Counted from the stretch's first letter, positions 10,255 to 19,681 are shown. The stretch: 64,000 nt of DNA from a virus (IMGVR_UViG_3300005613_000057:2022-66021); one strand, 5' to 3'. Made by a program: numbers and translations. The notes: generated by a model from the letters alone, not told the origin.

Positions 10255-10339
10255 GCCGGCGTGGCGAAATTGGCATACGCGGTTGACTCAAAATCAACTT
10301 TCCTAGAGGAAATTGCAGGTTCGAGTCCTGTCGCCGGTA
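10255..10339 (+). tRNA. tRNA-Leu(CAA)
   Basis: Acceptor GCCGGCG/CGCCGGT, anticodon arm gttga-CTCAAAA-tcaac, long variable arm, GGTTCGAGTCC T-loop; CCA not encoded. Confidence 0.93.
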
Positions 10340-10350
10340 TTGGAGAAGCG

Positions 10351-10575
10351 ATGTTTGAAGAAGAATATGATGAAATAGAGTTTGAAGAAGCTCTCAGAAA
10401 AATCATGGACAAACTTCAAGAATCCTTTTCAATTCTAGAGGACCACGGCTTGGTGAGAACTCTATGGGATGAAAATGGAAACGATTCTTTGGAACCAACG
10501 GAAAAGATGATGAAACTTGAGCGTCAAGGAAAACTTCGTTCCTATGTAAAAAACATATTTCAAGAAGATGAATGA
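10351..10575 (+). CDS. hypothetical protein
   Basis: GGAG RBS after the tRNA, ATG 10351; the longer ORF call runs through the tRNA. Confidence 0.6.
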   Translation: MFEEEYDEIEFEEALRKIMDKLQESFSILEDHGLVRTLWDENGNDSLEPTEKMMKLERQGKLRSYVKNIFQEDE

Positions 10576-10828
10576 TTTTTACTATTTTAGCTTCGACTTT
10601 GACCAGATTTCCGAATGGACACAACCATTCATTGGCAATGTAATCGCATTGACTCCAGAAAAAAATTCAAAGACATTCATAATGTTTCTAGAGTATGATT
10701 TGGAAAACAACATGGTCATTCATTACGAAGATGATGATGAATGGGGCTATGATATCATGCCAAAAGAGGATTGTCTAAATAAGTATCTCGGGTATAGAAA
10801 AGAAGGCTATATCCCAATGGAGTTATAA
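10568..10828 (+). CDS. hypothetical protein
   Basis: 86 aa, overlaps upstream gene end. Confidence 0.5.
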   Translation: MNDFYYFSFDFDQISEWTQPFIGNVIALTPEKNSKTFIMFLEYDLENNMVIHYEDDDEWGYDIMPKEDCLNKYLGYRKEGYIPMEL

Positions 10829-10832
10829 GGCA

Positions 10833-11108
10833 ATGAAAGAATGTTATGTGCGAATGGTCAAGGAATCACACCACTGGAAAGGTTCCATTGAATTGTTTGG
10901 GTTTGATGAACATCAAAGAAGAGTATATCCATCTCCGCCACAAATGGTGTATGAAGTTCATGGCAAACCAGCAACAAGAATATTGGATTCAATTCGTAGT
11001 TTTCTTGCTGCGAATAAGGAATACAATGCTACACATATTGTAAGAAACGGTTCGGAAAAACTTCTAGGGTTCTTTTCCGTCCCACTAAGTAAAGGAATAG
11101 AAGAATGA
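10833..11108 (+). CDS. hypothetical protein
   Basis: 91 aa in packed operon. Confidence 0.55.
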   Translation: MKECYVRMVKESHHWKGSIELFGFDEHQRRVYPSPPQMVYEVHGKPATRILDSIRSFLAANKEYNATHIVRNGSEKLLGFFSVPLSKGIEE

Positions 11109-11368
11109 AGAAGATGATTTTGATTGCGGGAATTTTTCTTAGTATATTGGGTATCACCTCACAAGCAACAGCACAACAAGTTCGTTGGGGCGTAAATGTT
11201 CGCTGGAATGGGGGATGGGGTGGCGGGTATTGCCCTCCTCCTGTGTATTATCCACAACCTGTTTATTATCCATCACCAGTGTATTATGCACCAGTTCCAT
11301 ACTACAATCCATATGTTCCCTGTCCTCCAACATTCAGTCCTGCTGTCTATCGTAGATATTGTTGGTAA
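11105..11368 (+). CDS. secreted Pro/Tyr-rich small protein
   Basis: Signal peptide ending ATA-Q; PVYY repeats. Confidence 0.65.
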   Translation: MKKMILIAGIFLSILGITSQATAQQVRWGVNVRWNGGWGGGYCPPPVYYPQPVYYPSPVYYAPVPYYNPYVPCPPTFSPAVYRRYCW

Positions 11369-11416
11369 TCCAAAAACCTAAATACTTCTGCAACTTTTTT
11401 TACAAAGGAGAACAAA

Positions 11417-11791
11417 GTGGCAGAAGAAAACATCTATCAAGACCTTGAGAATATGTTTGATGGAGAGGATTTTGGGTTCAATGCTGTCAATGAAGACGAA
11501 CTAGCAGAACTCACAGGAAGCAAGGAAACAGAAGAACTCTTCTCTTCCGCTGCAAAAAGTGAAGACATTCAGAGATTGGAATCAAAACTTGATGCAATTC
11601 TTAACGACAAGAGTTCCAACACTGATTGTGAAGAAGTTCTTCGTGGTAAAATGCAACAAATCGAGAAACTCGTATTCCCTCTTCTCATCAACCTGAAGAA
11701 GAACCCCGACAAGGAATACATTCTCTGGCCAAACAGAACAACAATCATTGACCAGCAAATCAAGAGAATTCTCGGCGTTACCAGATTTTGA
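11417..11791 (+). CDS. conserved T4-like phage hypothetical protein
   Basis: AAGGAG RBS plus GTG; DFGF and PLL.NLKKNPDKEYI.WPNR motif seen in T4-like phage ORFs. Confidence 0.75.
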   Translation: MAEENIYQDLENMFDGEDFGFNAVNEDELAELTGSKETEELFSSAAKSEDIQRLESKLDAILNDKSSNTDCEEVLRGKMQQIEKLVFPLLINLKKNPDKEYILWPNRTTIIDQQIKRILGVTRF

Positions 11792-11858
11792 GTGAAATAA
11801 ACCATTGAAGATATCGTTATAGAGTCAAGTGTGAATCACATTCATAAGGAGAAAAATC

Positions 11859-12212
11859 ATGCTTGAATCAATCGCATTGTCAATGGTGCTCTGGCAACCA
11901 CCACATCAGAGAGGTCCAGAATTTCGTCCTCAAAATCCTCCTAGAGCTGTTGAAGGAAGAATGGATTCTCGTCGGCAACCAAGAAATTCTTTTTGGTCTC
12001 AGGAGGAAAAAAGAGAAAGAACTCCTCAGAGAAGAAGAGGAATTTCACTTGACATTTTTGTTGAAATGCTTCAAAAAGGAGATCCCAGAGCAGATCTCAA
12101 CAAAGATGGAAAAATCAATGGTGCTGATTTGGAACTCGTCTTGGAAAGAAAGATGAACAGAATGAAGGGAGAGAGACGAGGAAGATGCGGTAATTGCTGT
12201 AAAAACAAGTAA
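11859..12212 (+). CDS. small protein with dockerin/EF-hand-like motif
   Basis: AAGGAG RBS; ADLNKDGKINGADL. Confidence 0.6.
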   Translation: MLESIALSMVLWQPPHQRGPEFRPQNPPRAVEGRMDSRRQPRNSFWSQEEKRERTPQRRRGISLDIFVEMLQKGDPRADLNKDGKINGADLELVLERKMNRMKGERRGRCGNCCKNK

Positions 12213-12228
12213 TCTAGGTCTTCTGGGG

Positions 12229-12267
12229 AAAAAACCTCACTAGCATTGAACTAGTGAGGTTTTTTTG
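12229..12267. terminator. bidirectional intrinsic terminator
   Basis: A run, cctcactag-loop-ctagtgagg, T run. Confidence 0.8.
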
Positions 12268-12269
12268 CG

Positions 12270-12277
12270 TATAAATA
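12270..12277 (+). promoter_or_regulatory. T4-type late promoter
   Basis: Exact TATAAATA just after the terminator. Confidence 0.6.
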
Positions 12278-12375
12278 CTTTGGGAAAAACATGAAAAGTA
12301 TCCGACACATAGAAGTCACTTCAAAAGCATTTTTTTGCAATTGGATTTCGCTATTTCAAAGCACTATTTCCATGA

Positions 12376-12759
12376 TTGATAAGATTATGTTTCACTCAAT
12401 CAGGGAAGAAACCATCCATGCAAAACCAAGACGTAAGATTTTGGCACAACATCAAAACAGGAGAAACCGTGGATTGCAAATACCACTATGATTGCAAAAT
12501 AGTGGAGAAGAAGATATTAAGCGAAGGCAAAATGAACTTTTTTCGCAGTGGCTGGTGTAGATTGGGTGTTTATCGCCAAATTGATAAGAAAATAGGAATA
12601 GTGGAATGTTACAGTAAAAAATGTTTAAAGAAAGGTATTGATTTTCTACTCTCTAAATATAAGATAGACATGTTGATAACTGAAACTCATGATAAAAATT
12701 ATTCCGAAATGGAAATATTCAAAAATCCCCTAGCGAAAGGAACAGAAAATGGAATTTGA
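12376..12759 (+). CDS. hypothetical protein (start uncertain, possibly ATG 12418)
   Basis: ORF track. Confidence 0.5.
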   Translation: MIRLCFTQSGKKPSMQNQDVRFWHNIKTGETVDCKYHYDCKIVEKKILSEGKMNFFRSGWCRLGVYRQIDKKIGIVECYSKKCLKKGIDFLLSKYKIDMLITETHDKNYSEMEIFKNPLAKGTENGI

Positions 12760-13057
12760 CAAATCTGAAGACTTTTATAATTGGTTGAATTCTTTTGAAA
12801 ATTTAGATGGTTCTGCATATGGACCAGAATTTGAATCCTATGCTAGAATGCAAAGATTTCTTTTAGATAAGAGTATATGCAATTGCAAGAAAAAAGGAAA
12901 AAGTATAGACTCCTATTATGAAAACTTGAAAAACATTTCAAATGAAAATCGCGACAATCTACTTGAATTCTTGAGTGTGGAGTATATACTTCTCAAGAAG
13001 GAGGAAACCCTCATTGTCGAACTCAGAGCAACATCTACTGAACCATCGCAAAGCTAA
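12749..13057 (+). CDS. hypothetical protein
   Basis: AAGGA RBS, 102 aa. Confidence 0.55.
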   Translation: MEFDKSEDFYNWLNSFENLDGSAYGPEFESYARMQRFLLDKSICNCKKKGKSIDSYYENLKNISNENRDNLLEFLSVEYILLKKEETLIVELRATSTEPSQS

Positions 13058-13640
13058 GAAATTCGTTGAATTAGTAAAAAAAGAACTGAAAGAATACAAT
13101 ATGAAACTTGTCTTTGGACGAGGAGAAATGGTCAACGGATACAAGTGCCGATGTTCTGGATATTTTGATGAGGAGAAGGTGGTTGTTGCTTCTAAAAACC
13201 GACATTGGTTGAGTGTTCTAGTCCACGAATATTCACATTTTCTTCAGTGGAAGAAAAGGGACGAAGAATACGAAGATATGTTTGTGAATGGAAGAGATTG
13301 CAATGGGATAATTGACGATTGGTTGGACGGAGAAGAGTATCGCCCAAGCACAATAGAAAAAGCATTCATCAAAGTTCGCAGAATGGAAAAGACCTGCGAC
13401 ATGATTGCTTTGTCTCTCATCAAAAAATACAAACTACCGATAAACGAAGAATATTTCACAAGACATGCAAACTGTCATGTTTATTATTATCACATGATGG
13501 AAAGAACCAGAAAAAGATATGTCAACGACGAAATGTTCTATAATATCATGGTTCACAAAGCCATGCCAAAGACATTCAAGTGCAAGAACATTCGTTATAT
13601 GCCTGAAAAGATATACAAGATTGCTCGAAGAGCATTTTAG
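12975..13640 (+). CDS. HExxH zincin-like metallopeptidase-fold protein
   Basis: LSVLVHEYSHFLQW motif; start uncertain. Confidence 0.6.
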   Translation: MWSIYFSRRRKPSLSNSEQHLLNHRKAKKFVELVKKELKEYNMKLVFGRGEMVNGYKCRCSGYFDEEKVVVASKNRHWLSVLVHEYSHFLQWKKRDEEYEDMFVNGRDCNGIIDDWLDGEEYRPSTIEKAFIKVRRMEKTCDMIALSLIKKYKLPINEEYFTRHANCHVYYYHMMERTRKRYVNDEMFYNIMVHKAMPKTFKCKNIRYMPEKIYKIARRAF

Positions 13641-13652
13641 GGAGATTTCAGT

Positions 13653-14693
13653 ATGAAAATTGAAGACAGCGTAAAGCTGGATTTTTGTGATGTATTGCTA
13701 AAACCAAAGAGAAGCACTCTGACTTCTCGCAAGGATGTGGACATTCTTCGTGAGTTCACGTTTCTAAACAGTAAAAAAACTTGGACGGGAATTCCCATTG
13801 TTGCTTCCAATATGGACACAATTGGAACTATCTCGATGGCAAAGAAATTTGCAAGCAATTCAATGATGACCTGTCTACACAAGTTCTTGGATTTGTCCGA
13901 ATACAAGTCATTGTATGACGAGAGTTATCACCACGAAAAGAACATCGCATTCACAATCGGAATGAGAGATGGTGATTTTGAGAAGGGGAGAAAGATAATT
14001 TCCCAAAACCCAAACATCAATTTTATCTGCGTTGATGTTGCAAATGGATATTCACAAAGTTTTCTTCACTACATAGAAAGGATTAGAGCAGAATGGACCG
14101 ACAAGACAATCATCGCTGGGAACATCGTGACACCGGAAATGACGGAGGCATTGCTACTTGCAGGAGCGGATATCATCAAGGTTGGTATCGGCAACGGAAG
14201 TGCGTGCTTGACACGGAAGGTAGCTGGGGTGGGATGTCCACAGCTGTCAGCAATCATGGAATGCGCCGATGCCGCTCATGGTCTGGGAGGGCATATCATG
14301 GGGGATGGTGGGTGTACTTGTCCCGGTGACGTAGCAAAAGCATTTGCTGCTGGTGCGGATTTCATCATGTTGGGAGGAATGTTGTCTGGACATGATGAAT
14401 GCGAAGGTGAAATCACTGAAATGGAAGACGGTAAAAGAAAGATGTTGTTCTATGGAATGTCTTCCGATACTGCGATGGAAAAGCATTATGGTGGTGTTGC
14501 TTCTCATCGTGCATCTGAAGGAAAAGCAGTATATGTTCCATACAAGGGAGAAGTTGGTGGGACAATTCAGGAGATTCTCGGTGGTGTTCGTTCTGCTTGC
14601 ACATACATCGGCGCTCAGAAACTCAAGCATCTTCCAAAGTGTGCGACTTTCATTCGTGTGAATCGGCAACTCAATACTATTTTTGGTGAATGA
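13653..14693 (+). CDS. guaC: GMP reductase
   Basis: KLDFCDVLLKPKRSTL, CVDVANGYS, KVGIGNGSACLTR, FYGMSS, RASEGK. Confidence 0.93.
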   Translation: MKIEDSVKLDFCDVLLKPKRSTLTSRKDVDILREFTFLNSKKTWTGIPIVASNMDTIGTISMAKKFASNSMMTCLHKFLDLSEYKSLYDESYHHEKNIAFTIGMRDGDFEKGRKIISQNPNINFICVDVANGYSQSFLHYIERIRAEWTDKTIIAGNIVTPEMTEALLLAGADIIKVGIGNGSACLTRKVAGVGCPQLSAIMECADAAHGLGGHIMGDGGCTCPGDVAKAFAAGADFIMLGGMLSGHDECEGEITEMEDGKRKMLFYGMSSDTAMEKHYGGVASHRASEGKAVYVPYKGEVGGTIQEILGGVRSACTYIGAQKLKHLPKCATFIRVNRQLNTIFGE

Positions 14694-14695
14694 AT

Positions 14696-14857
14696 ATGAC
14701 TCCTGAAGAAGAACAAAAAATGTTGGATTTCAACTATCTCATTTCCGAGTATGTGAAAACAATCGACAAGAATCTGTGGGACAAAGCAGTGGACTTTGCT
14801 GCAACAATGACTAAATATCCCGGCGTTGAATTTGGACAAGATGGAAACACTGGTTGA
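14696..14857 (+). CDS. small hypothetical protein
   Basis: 53 aa ORF MTPEEEQKML... read from the sequence; fills the gap between genes. Confidence 0.5.
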   Translation: MTPEEEQKMLDFNYLISEYVKTIDKNLWDKAVDFAATMTKYPGVEFGQDGNTG

Positions 14858-15654
14858 ATATGATAATTTGTTCTGTAACATCATTACCAGATAGAACTAA
14901 TTCTCTAATGGGAGTTTTGAATAGTTTGTTGAATTCAACCATAATTCCAGATAAAGTTATTATTTCTGTCTCTGAGTATTATCCCCGTTTAAATAAAAAA
15001 TATGACTTTAAAAATTTAAAACTTTTACGAGTTTTTTTAGAAAACTATAAAATACCAACAGAAATATTTTTATATAAAAAAGATGTTGGGCCGCTATTAA
15101 AACTAAAAAGTCCTATGAATTATTTGGCAAGCAAAAAATATAATGAAGAAGTTTTGATACTCACTCTTGATGACGATACATTACTGTATGAAAAAACAAT
15201 AGAAAACATCTTAGTTTCTCAGAAAAAGCAAGAAAAAGCTGTTTACTGTTTGATAGGAACAAAAGATGATACTTTCATACACGGAGAAACTATCACTACC
15301 GAAACACAAGTAACTGGTTTGGGGGGATATCGTGGAGTTTTATACAATTCAAAGTTTTTAACTAAAGAATTTAATCATTGGATAGATTTTTTTATAAAAA
15401 AACACCAAGAAGAAAATAGTATACCAATGCACGACGATCACATTTTTTCTTGGTATTTCAACAAAAAAAATATTCCAATAATAGTTGTTCCTATTCCAGA
15501 AAAAAATAAAATATCAGTAATTAATTACATATATTGTGAAAATGTTGATGGAATATTTAGAGATAAATATTCAGATTACTCACTTCAATTGTCTGAAAAA
15601 ATAAGAAAAGAAATTTTATATAATGAAAAATCTTCTAATCATACCCTCGCATAA
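14854..15654 (+). CDS. GT-A fold glycosyltransferase-like protein
   Basis: SVTSLP.R, DVGP..K, LTLDDD, DDH motifs; very AT-rich. Confidence 0.7.
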   Translation: MNMIICSVTSLPDRTNSLMGVLNSLLNSTIIPDKVIISVSEYYPRLNKKYDFKNLKLLRVFLENYKIPTEIFLYKKDVGPLLKLKSPMNYLASKKYNEEVLILTLDDDTLLYEKTIENILVSQKKQEKAVYCLIGTKDDTFIHGETITTETQVTGLGGYRGVLYNSKFLTKEFNHWIDFFIKKHQEENSIPMHDDHIFSWYFNKKNIPIIVVPIPEKNKISVINYIYCENVDGIFRDKYSDYSLQLSEKIRKEILYNEKSSNHTLA

Positions 15655-16324
15655 AAGACCAAATAAATTACAAACTTGTCTAGATTCTGTTCTGAAGAAT
15701 TCTTCATGTTCAGACATTTTTGTCATCTTGAATCATGAAGATGCAGAATCATATTCAAATATCATCAAAAAATATGCAATTGCAAATGTTCGTTTCATGT
15801 TTACAAACAAGAACACTTGTCCAGATAAGCTAAACCATGTTTGTGACCTGTATGGAGAAAACTACGACTTTGTTTCCTTTATTGGAGACGATTGCGTAGT
15901 CACTACTCCAAATTGGGACGAGATTTGTGCAAACTACATCAACAATCACTTTTCTGGCTTGGGAGTGGTTTCACCTTCCGAACCCTCTTGGGGCAGGAAC
16001 TATGACGATTTACCTCTTCACTGGATGCAAAGTAAAAGTTTTTGGAAAACCGTTGGATATTTTGTTCATCGAGGCATGAAACATTGCTATGTTGACAACA
16101 TCATTCGTGACTTTGCTAAAAGTATTGATGGATATGCAAAAATTCCAACTTGCATAGTGGAACACCACCACCCAAATCATGGATTTGAAAACGATGAAGT
16201 TTATGATGAAGGGGAGAAAAAGCATTGCGAAGATGACAAAAGAGTGTATAATCAGTTTCTCAACTCTCCCGAATACTTTGAAACTTTGAAGAAATTACAG
16301 GAAGCTAAAATCAATGTTCAATGA
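15623..16324 (+). CDS. glycosyltransferase family 2-like
   Basis: IIPS..RP, FIGDD, HCYVDN, EHHHP. Confidence 0.75.
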   Translation: MKNLLIIPSHKRPNKLQTCLDSVLKNSSCSDIFVILNHEDAESYSNIIKKYAIANVRFMFTNKNTCPDKLNHVCDLYGENYDFVSFIGDDCVVTTPNWDEICANYINNHFSGLGVVSPSEPSWGRNYDDLPLHWMQSKSFWKTVGYFVHRGMKHCYVDNIIRDFAKSIDGYAKIPTCIVEHHHPNHGFENDEVYDEGEKKHCEDDKRVYNQFLNSPEYFETLKKLQEAKINVQ

Positions 16325-17027
16325 CCATTTTGATAAAGTTTTTTGTCTAAACCTTCCCATTCGTGAAGACAGAAAGAAAAGAATGTCCTCACTGTTTTCT
16401 AATCATAGAATGAACGTGGAATTTTTCTCTGCGGTTCGGGGATTTGCAATTCCCTATGTTCATTCATTGGTTTCCGATAGATTTTCTGCCGCAGGATATG
16501 TCGGAACTCTCATCAGCTATCTGAATCTCTTTGATTATGCGTTGGAAAGGGGATATGAGAATATATGTGTAATCGAGGATGATGTTATGATTCATCAAAA
16601 TATCAATTATATTGCAGATGAATACATTCCACGATTGCCCGAGAATACCGACATGGCATACTTCTCGTATATTCCTCTGAGTGATGACCATTCGATGTGG
16701 AACTACAACATTCTCAATGACCGATTCATTGATGGTTCTCCTATTGGTGGAATCATGCGTGCCAAGAACTTGTGTAGTATGATGGGATTTTCCATCAACA
16801 AAAGAACAATGGAACACTTGTGTAAATCCTTGAACGAAACATTTGAACCCATTGATTTACACATCATGGCAAATATTCAGAACAATGAAGATTTTGGGGT
16901 ATATGCTATCAACCCACAGATGTTTTGTTCATCGGAAGGATATTCCGATGGTTGTGGATATACCATTGAAGATTTACAGAGAAGAAGTGTTGATTTGAGA
17001 GCAAGCAAGTATGAGGATTATCAATGA
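16314..17027 (+). CDS. glycosyltransferase family 25-like
   Basis: VFCLNL..REDR, VIEDDV. Confidence 0.8.
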   Translation: MFNDHFDKVFCLNLPIREDRKKRMSSLFSNHRMNVEFFSAVRGFAIPYVHSLVSDRFSAAGYVGTLISYLNLFDYALERGYENICVIEDDVMIHQNINYIADEYIPRLPENTDMAYFSYIPLSDDHSMWNYNILNDRFIDGSPIGGIMRAKNLCSMMGFSINKRTMEHLCKSLNETFEPIDLHIMANIQNNEDFGVYAINPQMFCSSEGYSDGCGYTIEDLQRRSVDLRASKYEDYQ

Positions 17028-17578
17028 TTGTTCAGCCTGAAACTCGCAACATAATTGATTTTTTTGCATATTGGAAACATGATGCTATTGTTGCTGATCT
17101 AGACGCAAGAAGAAACAACTTCTATGTTCTTTGTTCAAACCTCTACAACGATTTCAACATCGCAACTGTCATCAGAAACGCAAACGCTTTTCTTGCGAAG
17201 AAAGTGATTCTATATGGTTCTAAGCAGTTTGATCGCAGAGGTGCTGTTGGCACTCACCGTTATACTCATTTTGAACATTTCAAGGAACAAGAGGGATTGA
17301 ACATCTTTCTGAAAGAAAAGAAGTTTTCTAGAATCGTTGGAATCGACAACGTAGAGAACTCTATTCCCATCACTAAATACGATTGGGGAACACCAACAAA
17401 AAATGAAGATGTTCTGATGATTTTTGGCCAAGAGCAGGTAGGAATTCCAGAACATCTACTTGACTTGTGCGATGATGTAGTATATATTCCTCAATATGGA
17501 AGTGTTCGTAGTTTGAATGTGGGAACAGCGAGTGGAATCGCTATGTATGACTTTTGTTCAAAGGTGGTGAAAACATGA
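17024..17578 (+). CDS. TrmH/SpoU-family RNA 2'-O-methyltransferase
   Basis: NIATVIRNA, FGQEQVGI, IPQYGSVRSLNVGTASGIAMY SPOUT motifs. Confidence 0.88.
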   Translation: MIVQPETRNIIDFFAYWKHDAIVADLDARRNNFYVLCSNLYNDFNIATVIRNANAFLAKKVILYGSKQFDRRGAVGTHRYTHFEHFKEQEGLNIFLKEKKFSRIVGIDNVENSIPITKYDWGTPTKNEDVLMIFGQEQVGIPEHLLDLCDDVVYIPQYGSVRSLNVGTASGIAMYDFCSKVVKT

Positions 17579-17792
17579 AGAAGAAAATTTGGTTGCCAGA
17601 ATACATGTTAGCTTACATCGCTTACGAAGCTCACAAGAAGGGTCTTCATTTAGAAGAGATGTTGTTTACCATGATTGATAGAGAAGATGTGAAGAAACTA
17701 TCAAATGAAGATCTCGTCCTCAAAATTCGTGACACTATGAATGGGGATAAACAGGATGGTTTTATCGTGGTTGATTTGAAATAATAATACAG

Positions 17793-18557
17793 ATGAGTGA
17801 AAAAACAATCACATTTGCTACAAATTGTTGGGAAGTAGATTGGGAGTTCATAATAAAATCTGGTGGTTATCTGCAAAAAATAAAAAATCTAGACTATGTG
17901 AATTTTAATAAAAGAATACTAATAATAAACAATGTAAATGACCCAAAATTAGTTTTAAAAGAAGCAGATAAACTAATAAATTTAGGCGTATTGGACGAAT
18001 ATTATCTTGTTGAGGAAAATGCAAAAAAAGTTTTAGACCATTTTGAGATAAAAAAAGAAAGTTTTACCAATATCGGCTATTATTATAGTATGTCTCCTCT
18101 ACTTGCTATATTTTTTTCAAACTCTGAATACATTTTGTATAATACTGCTGATACAATCTTAGAACCAAAAAAATACAATTGGGTTGATATGGGAATCAAT
18201 ATAATTGAAGATATGTCAAATAAAGTGGTTTGTGTAAATCCAGTTTGGAACGATGGATATGAAGAAGCAAGACATGAATGCGTTTTCAAAAATGGAATGG
18301 AGAATGAAAATTGGTTTTTTATGCCAAGATTTTCCGACCAATGTTTCTTAATGCCTCTAAAATTTCTTAAGAAAAAAATCTACAACGAAAAAAATGAAAT
18401 GGCAGACTACTTTTGGCCCCACAATAGAAGTTCAAATGGAACACATATAAATGGAAATGATTTTGAAAAAAGAGTAGCTGCACATATGTTCAACAATAAT
18501 GCGATAACTGCTACCAGTAAACATATATCTTATTATCATAAATCAATGAGATTGTGA
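17793..18557 (+). CDS. putative glycosyltransferase-like protein
   Basis: 254 aa; context and YILYNTAD / FSDQCF motifs; AT-rich. Confidence 0.5.
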   Translation: MSEKTITFATNCWEVDWEFIIKSGGYLQKIKNLDYVNFNKRILIINNVNDPKLVLKEADKLINLGVLDEYYLVEENAKKVLDHFEIKKESFTNIGYYYSMSPLLAIFFSNSEYILYNTADTILEPKKYNWVDMGINIIEDMSNKVVCVNPVWNDGYEEARHECVFKNGMENENWFFMPRFSDQCFLMPLKFLKKKIYNEKNEMADYFWPHNRSSNGTHINGNDFEKRVAAHMFNNNAITATSKHISYYHKSMRL

Positions 18558-18566
18558 GGAGTATGA

Positions 18567-18662
18567 ATGTCAAGAAAAGAATCACACAGAAAATTTGGTC
18601 GTAGACGAAAACTTGGTAGTAAGAAACGAAAAGCTGCCGCAAAAAATCGCAAGAGAAAGTGA
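18567..18662 (+). CDS. 31-aa highly basic peptide
   Basis: GAGGAG RBS; MSRKESHRKFGRRRKLGSKKRKAAAKNRKRK read from the sequence. Confidence 0.65.
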   Translation: MSRKESHRKFGRRRKLGSKKRKAAAKNRKRK

Positions 18663-18667
18663 TTGAT

Positions 18668-18738
18668 TGCCCTGTCGGTTAATGGTAAACCAGGTGACTT
18701 TGGATCACCCACTCTTGGTTCGAGTCCAAGCGGGGCAG
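18668..18738 (+). tRNA. tRNA-Gln(UUG)
   Basis: Acceptor TGCCCTG/CGGGGCA, anticodon arm ggtga-CTTTGGA-tcacc, GGTTCGAGTCC; CCA not encoded. Confidence 0.92.
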
Positions 18739-18742
18739 TTGT

Positions 18743-19549
18743 ATGAAATTTTGTAGAATGATGTTCTATTCAGATTACATTTCTGATGAACAGTTGATCA
18801 AGGCTGTTCAGAACAGTTCTCATTTGGATAAATGTTATATTGGGTTGTGTCAAAAAACATGGACCAATAAACCCCATAAAAATTTAAATTTAAATCTTTT
18901 AAATGGCATATCCTCGTATGCAAAAAATACAGAAGTTATATTCATTGAATCGAAAGAAGCGGGATTGATAGATAATGTAACTCCAGCTATCTCGGAAGCA
19001 TTCTGTAGAAATCATATACTTGACATTGCCAGACAAAACAAATACGATTTCATGTTCATACAAGATACCGATGAATTTATGATAAAAGAAGATTATGAAA
19101 GTATAATCAATGATCATATTCCGAATATGAAAAAATATAATTATGATTCCTCTGGAATAAGATGTAAAAATTTCTGGAAATCTTGGAATTATATAATACC
19201 ATCAGAAATAAGTAATGTTCCCACGCATGATGGAGAATGGACAAATTTTGGAATTGATTTGCATTCAGATATAAAATTCACTAAAAATAGAGAACACACC
19301 TCAAAAAACAAGTGTGGTGTGCTTCAAGATTGGTTTCTTTTTCATGCTTCGTTCATAATGACCGACGATCAAGTAAAAGAAAAATTGAACACTTGGGGAC
19401 ATTCTTCCGATATGAATTACGACACATGGTATCAAGAAAAATGGTTGGATTGGACTCCAGAAACAACTGATTTGCACCCCTCAACAAGACCAGAAATATG
19501 GAAACAAGCTGTTCCTTATGATGGACCACTACCCAAAGAATGCTATTAA
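18743..19549 (+). CDS. glycosyltransferase family 2-like
   Basis: RN..L, FIQDTDEF DxD motif, H.S...K..TWGH. Confidence 0.65.
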   Translation: MKFCRMMFYSDYISDEQLIKAVQNSSHLDKCYIGLCQKTWTNKPHKNLNLNLLNGISSYAKNTEVIFIESKEAGLIDNVTPAISEAFCRNHILDIARQNKYDFMFIQDTDEFMIKEDYESIINDHIPNMKKYNYDSSGIRCKNFWKSWNYIIPSEISNVPTHDGEWTNFGIDLHSDIKFTKNREHTSKNKCGVLQDWFLFHASFIMTDDQVKEKLNTWGHSSDMNYDTWYQEKWLDWTPETTDLHPSTRPEIWKQAVPYDGPLPKECY

Positions 19550-19561
19550 GGAGAATATACA

Positions 19562-19681
19562 ATGGCAAAAGGTTTCAAACCACTAGACGCAGAAGCAGCT
19601 CGCGGAAAACTCAAGAGAGGAAAGCCCAGAAAAAGTAAGAAGAACAAGTATGGTCTTCGTCGTTCTGGCAGAAAGAACTGA
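19562..19681 (+). CDS. 39-aa basic peptide
   Basis: AAGGAG RBS; MAKGFKPLDAEAARGKLKRGKPRKSKKNKYGLRRSGRKN. Confidence 0.65.
   Translation: MAKGFKPLDAEAARGKLKRGKPRKSKKNKYGLRRSGRKN

Noticed and set aside
10261-10350. N-terminal part of ORF 10261-10575 and antisense ORF 10224-10412
   Set aside because: They are translations of the tRNA-Leu gene
12291-12759. Possible third +1 frameshift joining ORF 12291 to ORF 12376 at a T7 run
   Set aside because: The +1 frame has a TGA at 12373-12375 and there is no conserved motif to test against
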